This document shows positions 57,134-64,000 of a stretch of DNA of 64,000 bases, in pieces. Location of the stretch: IMG/VR virus record IMGVR_UViG_3300032007_000002, one strand, 5' to 3'. The translations under genes and the position numbers were made by a program. The notes beneath the pieces were generated by a model. The model had not been told where the DNA came from. It ran no database searches and saw nothing but the letters and a program-made list of their open reading frames with translations. Position 1 is the stretch's first letter. Every line of letters starts with the position of its first letter. This stretch comes from a virus. Lineage: Duplodnaviria; Heunggongvirae; Uroviricota; Caudoviricetes.

Positions 57134-57658
57134 CTAGGTTTTCTTCCGAAAATCCATGTAGTCGATACCGGTGGCACGGCGGAACGCACCGAGCGTAGCC
57201 TCACATGCTGCAGCGAGGCTGCTTATTGCGCTACCGTTCGGGTCGGCATCAAGGCCGTCGGCACCCTGGTAGAAGGGTTCCCGGAAGCTGGACGGATCCG
57301 CGCGGAGACGGTCAAAGAGCTTCTTGATTTCCGCAGCGGCGTTCGAGTTCGGATGGTCCTTGGCAAGGCTGTCAACGGTATTGCTCACGATGACCAGCCC
57401 AGCCGGAGTGTTGCGGTCATCGACCGCATCGCCCATCGGCGCACCGGCGGCATCGGCCTGCGCGGCAACCATGTTGGCTGCGGCTGCCACGCCAGCATCG
57501 GAAAAATTGGACGTGCAGGTAAAATCCTTCACGGAATAGTACGGAACAGTAGAGCGTTCGCCCGGGGTGCTGGAATACGCATCCCATGGCGTGGCGCACT
57601 TCTTCGTCTTGGTACCCTTCTTCTTCTCGGGTTCACCTGCAGTTACAAGCTGGGTCAT
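57134..57658 (-). CDS. Hypothetical protein (start MTQLVT)
   Basis: GGAGG RBS inside the end of the upstream gene. Confidence 0.6.
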   Translation of the reverse strand: MTQLVTAGEPEKKKGTKTKKCATPWDAYSSTPGERSTVPYYSVKDFTCTSNFSDAGVAAAANMVAAQADAAGAPMGDAVDDRNTPAGLVIVSNTVDSLAKDHPNSNAAAEIKKLFDRLRADPSSFREPFYQGADGLDADPNGSAISSLAAACEATLGAFRRATGIDYMDFRKKT

Positions 57659-57659
57659 G

Positions 57660-60600
57660 TTACTTTGCCTCCTTGCCGCCCTGGGTCTGGACAAACTTAC
57701 GGGCTTCGTTATACAACTGGGTTGACTTGCGTTCCGGATTCTCAGCTTCCGCGTTCGGGTCGTTGGCAGCCAGGAGTTCCTTGTACTTGGCAGCCTGCTT
57801 GTCCATCAGCTCGCGGTGCTTCGCGGCGACCTTCTTGTTGAAGTCAGCCTGACCGGATGCAGCAGTTTTTGCCTTGCTGACATCAGCTTTAGACTGAGCT
57901 TCCGCCTGACGTTCGGCCTCCGCCATCAACTGTTCGTCAAGCGCCGGGTCAATCGGACGATGATCCTTGAACTTTGACGGGTCAGCCTTTTCGGCATTGG
58001 CGAGCAGACGCTGATACACCATGTTTTCGTAGCGGTTCTTTGCCTGGGTTACCGGGGAAACCGGTTTGCCGGGTGCTTTCGGCTTAGCCGGGGCAGGTTC
58101 TTCTGCGGCCGGCGTCCACTTTGCCCCACACGAAGTGAGTGCAGACACGGTTGCCGTCTTGGCATCCTTGCCGGCTTCCACTGCCTGTGCAGTCTTGCGC
58201 ATGGCCTTGTCGAACACAGTCGAGCCGATTGATGTTTTGAACCCATCCACAGTAACTACGTAGCCATCGCCGCGCTTGTCGCTAGTGTCGTTTTTAATAT
58301 CGACACCCTGCTTAAACAGATACGCAATTACTTCCTGCGTAGCCTCGTCTTCGCGAACTTCATTCATGCTAAGGAAGTCACGAACGTTGGTATTCGGGGT
58401 AAACCCGCCACTCGTATCCTTGTCCGACAGGTCAGGCTTAATGTCAGACGGCTTCACGCCAGCATATTCGCTGCACAGATTACGCAGACGCTCGATAAAC
58501 TCCTGGCGAGTCTTCGGCTTGCCGAGAGACAATGCCTTGCTACGAACTTCCATAATCGGCGGGAAGAGCTTCACGGCTTCAGCAATCTGCTTCTTACGGA
58601 ATTCGGCAAGGTCATCCTGGCTCATTCCCTTCGGCGGCAATTTGCAGAGAAGATCGATGGCCTTATCAACGTCAGTAATGTCAAACTCCTTGCCCGGGCG
58701 GTCAATCAGCTTGACACATTCGTCAGCAACCTGATCCTTCTGCCGTTCTACGTCAGCAGCATCGGCACTGTCCTTCATACGCAAGAAATCAGGAATCGCA
58801 TTCGAAGAAATCATGCGCTGAATGACCATCGAAACAGCCGGGAACTGTGACTTCATTTGGTGACGGGACTTGTCAGAATAGAAATATTCGTCGAACACTT
58901 CCCGGAAGTCGTCTCCCGTGACAGTACCGGGCAGCTCTTTCAGCAATTTGCCGATAGTGCCGTCGGTCCCTTCTGCCCGGTGAACCTTTTCTGCGAGTTT
59001 ATTCTCCTCTGCCCTACCGCGAGCGGCATAGAATTGTTCAAGAATCTTATCAATATCGGACGCAGCATCGTTACGGTCGATAAGGTCAAACGACTCCAAC
59101 TCCTTGAATACATCCGCAATGTCTTTGCGGGTATGCGAAATCTCGTCTCGTTCGCCGACTTCGGTAAAATACCTGTGGGCCAGATGACGCACTTCATCCT
59201 CACCGAGTTCCGGCGGGAGCTTACTGAGGACCTCGAAAATCTTTTGTGCACGGCTGGCGGTGAACAGATTGTTCGGGTCGTTTTCGTTACGATACTTGCC
59301 ATCGGACTTAATTTTGGAATTCGCATACATACGAGACGGCGAAGTAGCCATTTCATACGACAGAGCATAACGTTCAACGTCGCCATTCAACGCAAAGACA
59401 AAGTCCGCCAGCGGCATAGACCCATCCGCAATCTTGGGCAACAGTTCAGAACTCAGTTCATTCTTGATATCGTCATCGGATTTGGTGCGGCGAGCACGAA
59501 CGGTGGTATCGAACTTGTTCTTTGCATCAGGCGTATAGCCAGTGTCCACGGACAGCTTAATCAGTTTTTGTGCAATGGAGACGCGAACGTCCTCAATGAA
59601 CTTGTTAAGCTCCGCATCAGACGGCGACGTCACAGAAGAGAAGTCACCCTCAATCCCGCATGCCTTGGCAATGTCATCAAACGTCATGCCACCAGGCACG
59701 TCAGTTGCCTTGCCATCCGGCCCATAATGGACCTGCACCTTTCGGGTCTTTGTGTTATAGTCACCGCGGGTACGGAAATCGGAATCCGGGTCGGGGGACG
59801 AGACCGACAAATTTTTCGAATACACACCGACCGGGACACCCTTCATAAGTGCAGCAATGTCCGCCTTTGTGGAATGATACTGTTTGTCGTTCTTCCGTTC
59901 ATCGTCGAAAATGTCGTTCACGATTAAGTTCATGATGCCATTTCCGGCAAGACCGGTAAACGCCTTGACCGGGTTCTGGTTCAATGCAGGACGCAGCATC
60001 TTACCAATGGTATTCTTCATGTTGACGGCATCATCTTCGGCAGCGTTCTCGTCGCCGTTGACATACCCAAGTATCTGTGCAAGGTGGGCAGCCAGCTTAC
60101 GCATCTTCGTGTCCGAATTGATGCGGCGCATCATTGCCACGTTGTACAGACGCATGCTGTCATGCGTTCCCGCCGATGTCGGATAAGCCTTCCTTGATGA
60201 GTCATCGACACGCTTGTAAGGGTTATTTTCCTTCGGGGAGACAACCAAACGAGCGAATGAATCAACAATATCATCCGTATCACCCATCGGTTCGGCTGCA
60301 ACAATTTCTGACGGCTTGAACCCATCCGGTGCGGCAACCATGTGCTTGTACTTGCGGCCATCAAATCCGGTAGCCTTTTCTTGAAGGAGACCCTCATCCG
60401 GTGCCGCAACTTTCTTATACATCGCATCAAGACCCGCAATAACCTTACTGGCAACGACAAGAACATCTTCCTTCTGGACAGACCCGCGTTCTTTGATGAC
60501 CTTAGTCAGCAACGCGTCACCTTCCAAAAGAACCTCGTTCAACTTCGCCGCGGCACCAAACTTGAGCGAACGGCTGATGTCGTCGATTTCGGCAGATGCG

Positions 60601-63600
60601 GCATCCAGCGCGGAACGAAGCACACGGTCAGGGGTCTGACTATTGCTTGCTTTAATCATGCCATCGCCCACAATCGTAATGAGCTTGTCAACCACATTGG
60701 AAAGACGAGTTCTGACAAGGGTTTCCGGTGTAACCGGGGCATTGGTATTGTCGGCAATGTCAGTCAACTTGGAAAGCTGTGCACGGGAACCATCATACAA
60801 TTCAAGTGCAAAGCGCATGCCATCGGCGAGCTTGTCTCCACGATCGGTAATCTGCTTAATCGCGCCGATACCATACGCATCGGCATCACTCGGGTTCGTC
60901 GAACCAATGATGTCGCTGTATTCGGCCTGCCCACGCGGCGGAGCAGCCGGTTCGGACGGCAGATCGTCATAAGAAGTCCCATCGGCGTATGAGCCCGGCG
61001 TCAATCCGGCGCCCGATGCGACTGCCTTTACGCCAACATCCTTGGAAACCGGTTCAGAACCAGTCGCCACGGCAGCAAGTTCAATGACCTTTTCAAACGC
61101 ATAGAAATCATTCAAGCGATCAATGGCGGTCAATGCACCTTTGGCGTCTCCCCCCGCGGAAAGCGATCCGCGAACTGCACCAACAACCTTCTTTACGGCA
61201 TCACGGCCTTCAATGCCATCATACTTACTGAACATTGCGTTGGCAACGTCATCATAGAAACTATTGACGGCTTCGATAACCTTGCGGTATGGCGTGTTGT
61301 CATTATTGAGGTTATCATACGAGAACCCGAGGCACCACTCGTCAAACTGAGTTCTGGCAGCAGAATACATGGTGTCGGTAAGTTTTTCGTCGAACCAACC
61401 AGTAGAGCCCTTGACCAACTTGGCACATGCCGGAAGATCTCCCTGTTCCACCTGTTCGAGCAAGTCAAGAATTTCATCCGGCGTATCTTCCACACCGATG
61501 ATGCTTGCTGCCTTGAGGTAGCGGCGAACCAAGCTCTTCAACTCGGTAGCATGGCCATTAAGACCAGCTCCGCTTTCAAACTGTTCAATCGCCGCGGCAG
61601 GGTCATTCCCGGCGGAACGCATGTAATTGACGAAAATGCCACGAGAAATGCCCAATGCGCCATTCTTGTCATACATCAACGCGGCCACAGCAGAGACCTT
61701 ATCGTCTTCGGCTTCATAACCCATGCGACGAACATCGTAATTAGCACCGCCAGCCCACTTGGAAATGAGCGCTGCCTTAACATCCTGCATGGTCTTTTCA
61801 CGGATAAGTCGCTCGTCATTGTCACCGCCACGCCCCATCAGCATGTCAATGATGATAGACTTGGACACCTTGTTGACCACATCGGTCATTTGGCCGGTGG
61901 TAATCATTTTTGTTCCGTTTCGTGAACCCGGGACAAACGCTTCGGCAACATCATGACGGAAACGACCGTATGAACCCTTGATTGTATTCAATACGCCAAG
62001 GGCAACCCCAGCATCCGCGGCCAGCTTCGGATCAGCCGTAGTCTGCTTACGAAGGGTGGAAACAACGGACCGCTTGGCCTCTTCGGACAAGTTGAACTCA
62101 TCGTCGACAGCGGAAATCTGGTCAGTAACCTTCCCAAACTGCTTGTTCCGAAGGTTCTCCGCCGATTGCTGCATGACATCGGAAACGGCTGCAGCATCTT
62201 CGGCCGGAGCATTAGGATCCATCAGCGCAGCATCCTGTTGCAATCCGCCATCGACCATGTATGAGAACGGCGCAAGACCCTTGCACACGACCCAGCCACG
62301 CTGGTTGTTGTGGAAAGGCACGTAAAGCACCATCGGAAGGACATAATTATCCAAATCCGTAGAATCTGCGATTGAGAGGGTGACTTCGTCGCCATACACA
62401 TTAAGGCTGACCGTAGCGCCTTTATCGGTCCGGGAAACTCCCTTATTGATAATTTTGGACGACGTGGCAATGCCCGTCGGACGCATATATCCATCCTGGT
62501 TCCCTCGGCGAAGCGAGCCTGCGCCAGTAGTTCCGCCTTCCATCTTAGCAGTTTCAATATTCAGGACACCCATATCCGTTTTGAGACGGACAGTAGTATT
62601 GCTACTGCTTTCGCGCCGGTTTACACCAACGAACTTGTCCAATATGACCGTTCTCGCGGCATCATTGTCAATGAGGCCGATGGCATCAATGAGCTCGGAC
62701 CTAGCCTCGATTGCGCGTGTCAAATCAGAACATACCTTACGAACAGCAGTATTGAAAACCCTTGCAAGCCGGGGCTTGTCAGCCGCCAACGACATTCCCT
62801 TGCAGTGACCAGTCGGCTGGCCGTCTTCATTGACTTCCTGCGTGAAGAAATCGGGTTCAATGGAGGTAATCGCATCATTGAAAATTGCAGAGTAGCCGGT
62901 TTCGCAGGCCAGCACAAGCTCCGGCAAATAGTTAGCCTTGTCGCCATACAGCGTTTCGGCATTACCGAACAGCTGATAAAAGTGGCGAAACCCGAACTTA
63001 GTGAGACCATTGATCTTGTCCGGTGTCACTTCTACCGTATTTTCCGCGGCCACATCGCCAGGCAAGTTAAAATCAATGCCAAGGGACTGTGCGATGGTCG
63101 CTGCACCACTAGCCATACCCGCCGACGCATTTGCATACGCCTTGGCGATAAGGTCTCTACCGACAACGGCCCAGACAATCGGCTGGTACAACTTTGCACC
63201 GACTGCCCGAGTTATGCGGGCATCACGCGCCAGCGTCTGCTCTGCTGCGGCTAGTTTATCACTGTATTTTGCGGAAAGCGTATCAAGAATTTTCTGAGCC
63301 GTTCCCGGAACCGCATAGGAGTGAGATTGGGCGCTCGCAATCAACGTCTGCAATACGCTCTGGCCAACCTGGGCAAGCAAAGCGATTTTTTGCGGGTTGT
63401 AGTCAGGATCGTCAGTGGCGTTCTGGTTCGGATTTGCCTTGGTCGGGCGAGTCTTGGAACGAAGCGCCAGCATAGCTGCCTCGACGCACTCAATAAACTT
63501 GTTTCTGCCAGCCTCGGTGTCCTTAATAACTTCGTCGGGATCTTTCAGACCGCACGCCTCACCAAACTGCCTATACAATTCAGCAGTCTTCTTGAACAGT

Positions 63601-63647
63601 TCGTTCGCGCTAATCGGTGCCTTACCGGCAGTCGCGTTCGGGTTCAT
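57660..63647 (-). CDS. Giant late protein, 1995 aa (possible internal/ejected virion protein)
   Basis: Uninterrupted ORF; GAGG RBS; TATAAACTA at 63679-63687; no motif recognised. Confidence 0.75.
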   Translation of the reverse strand: MNPNATAGKAPISANELFKKTAELYRQFGEACGLKDPDEVIKDTEAGRNKFIECVEAAMLALRSKTRPTKANPNQNATDDPDYNPQKIALLAQVGQSVLQTLIASAQSHSYAVPGTAQKILDTLSAKYSDKLAAAEQTLARDARITRAVGAKLYQPIVWAVVGRDLIAKAYANASAGMASGAATIAQSLGIDFNLPGDVAAENTVEVTPDKINGLTKFGFRHFYQLFGNAETLYGDKANYLPELVLACETGYSAIFNDAITSIEPDFFTQEVNEDGQPTGHCKGMSLAADKPRLARVFNTAVRKVCSDLTRAIEARSELIDAIGLIDNDAARTVILDKFVGVNRRESSSNTTVRLKTDMGVLNIETAKMEGGTTGAGSLRRGNQDGYMRPTGIATSSKIINKGVSRTDKGATVSLNVYGDEVTLSIADSTDLDNYVLPMVLYVPFHNNQRGWVVCKGLAPFSYMVDGGLQQDAALMDPNAPAEDAAAVSDVMQQSAENLRNKQFGKVTDQISAVDDEFNLSEEAKRSVVSTLRKQTTADPKLAADAGVALGVLNTIKGSYGRFRHDVAEAFVPGSRNGTKMITTGQMTDVVNKVSKSIIIDMLMGRGGDNDERLIREKTMQDVKAALISKWAGGANYDVRRMGYEAEDDKVSAVAALMYDKNGALGISRGIFVNYMRSAGNDPAAAIEQFESGAGLNGHATELKSLVRRYLKAASIIGVEDTPDEILDLLEQVEQGDLPACAKLVKGSTGWFDEKLTDTMYSAARTQFDEWCLGFSYDNLNNDNTPYRKVIEAVNSFYDDVANAMFSKYDGIEGRDAVKKVVGAVRGSLSAGGDAKGALTAIDRLNDFYAFEKVIELAAVATGSEPVSKDVGVKAVASGAGLTPGSYADGTSYDDLPSEPAAPPRGQAEYSDIIGSTNPSDADAYGIGAIKQITDRGDKLADGMRFALELYDGSRAQLSKLTDIADNTNAPVTPETLVRTRLSNVVDKLITIVGDGMIKASNSQTPDRVLRSALDAASAEIDDISRSLKFGAAAKLNEVLLEGDALLTKVIKERGSVQKEDVLVVASKVIAGLDAMYKKVAAPDEGLLQEKATGFDGRKYKHMVAAPDGFKPSEIVAAEPMGDTDDIVDSFARLVVSPKENNPYKRVDDSSRKAYPTSAGTHDSMRLYNVAMMRRINSDTKMRKLAAHLAQILGYVNGDENAAEDDAVNMKNTIGKMLRPALNQNPVKAFTGLAGNGIMNLIVNDIFDDERKNDKQYHSTKADIAALMKGVPVGVYSKNLSVSSPDPDSDFRTRGDYNTKTRKVQVHYGPDGKATDVPGGMTFDDIAKACGIEGDFSSVTSPSDAELNKFIEDVRVSIAQKLIKLSVDTGYTPDAKNKFDTTVRARRTKSDDDIKNELSSELLPKIADGSMPLADFVFALNGDVERYALSYEMATSPSRMYANSKIKSDGKYRNENDPNNLFTASRAQKIFEVLSKLPPELGEDEVRHLAHRYFTEVGERDEISHTRKDIADVFKELESFDLIDRNDAASDIDKILEQFYAARGRAEENKLAEKVHRAEGTDGTIGKLLKELPGTVTGDDFREVFDEYFYSDKSRHQMKSQFPAVSMVIQRMISSNAIPDFLRMKDSADAADVERQKDQVADECVKLIDRPGKEFDITDVDKAIDLLCKLPPKGMSQDDLAEFRKKQIAEAVKLFPPIMEVRSKALSLGKPKTRQEFIERLRNLCSEYAGVKPSDIKPDLSDKDTSGGFTPNTNVRDFLSMNEVREDEATQEVIAYLFKQGVDIKNDTSDKRGDGYVVTVDGFKTSIGSTVFDKAMRKTAQAVEAGKDAKTATVSALTSCGAKWTPAAEEPAPAKPKAPGKPVSPVTQAKNRYENMVYQRLLANAEKADPSKFKDHRPIDPALDEQLMAEAERQAEAQSKADVSKAKTAASGQADFNKKVAAKHRELMDKQAAKYKELLAANDPNAEAENPERKSTQLYNEARKFVQTQGGKEAK

Positions 63648-63772
63648 TCACGCCTCGCTTAGATATTCTTTGCGACCATAGTTTATAGATGGGACACCGG
63701 TTTCGGCAGGCATCCACATGGACAGGAACGGGGTCAAAATATAAACTATGGGCACATGCGGCCAGGTATATT

Positions 63773-64000
63773 ATGACACCAGAACAGATAGCCCAAAAGT
63801 TTACACTCTCCAATGCGGATGTTCAGAAAGCAGTCGCCGATGCGCAGGCTGCCGCAGGGGGACCCCTTTCGCTTGAAGACGAAAAGCGTGCAATAGCCGA
63901 TGCCGCCCGGAATAAAGACCTAATGACCCCGGACGAGTGCGCCGAGTTCAAAACGGTAGAGGACTCCGACCTCAAGCCAATTCTCGATACAATAAAAAAC
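63773..64000 (+). CDS. Late protein, partial (MTPEQIAQKFTLSNADVQKAV...)
   Basis: TATAAACTA at 63740-63748; frame open to the window end. Confidence 0.6.
   Translation, partial: MTPEQIAQKFTLSNADVQKAVADAQAAAGGPLSLEDEKRAIADAARNKDLMTPDECAEFKTVEDSDLKPILDTIKN

Noticed and set aside
1-64000. Stop-codon reassignment as seen in some jumbo phages
   Set aside because: Conserved genes are full length in code 11, and TAA, TAG and TGA all terminate genes

Overview
A 64 kb segment of a large, GC-rich T4-like (myovirus-type, probably jumbo) bacteriophage genome using the standard genetic code. It carries divergent T4-type virion genes: gp3/4/5/6/7/13/14/15/16/18/19/21/22/26/27/48/51/53/54/67-like and a tape-measure candidate. 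It also carries replication genes (family B polymerase, gp44/62 clamp loader, probable clamp, UvsY-like), a gp55 late sigma factor, and accessory genes (Dam methylase, Hsp20, DnaJ, Dps-like, PQ-loop transporter, GNAT, GT-B glycosyltransferase, AAA+ ATPase). No tRNA, rRNA or CRISPR array was recognised. Most notable by eye: (1) a ~250-nt structured non-coding element with 5-nt and 9-nt periodic tracts directly after a coiled-coil (DIP1984/DUF6847-like) gene, in an operon with a 36-aa membrane peptide and an AAA+ ATPase; (2) three recurrent promoter-like motif classes (TTTTGCTATATTT, near-palindromic AAAACCTAGTTTT, TATAAACTR) that sort by gene function, several implying leaderless mRNAs; (3) a consensus sigma-54 promoter in front of hsp20; (4) a candidate +1 frameshift (CCC_UUU_CGU) joining gp26-like and gp51-like ORFs. 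All family assignments come from motif recognition by eye, not database searches.
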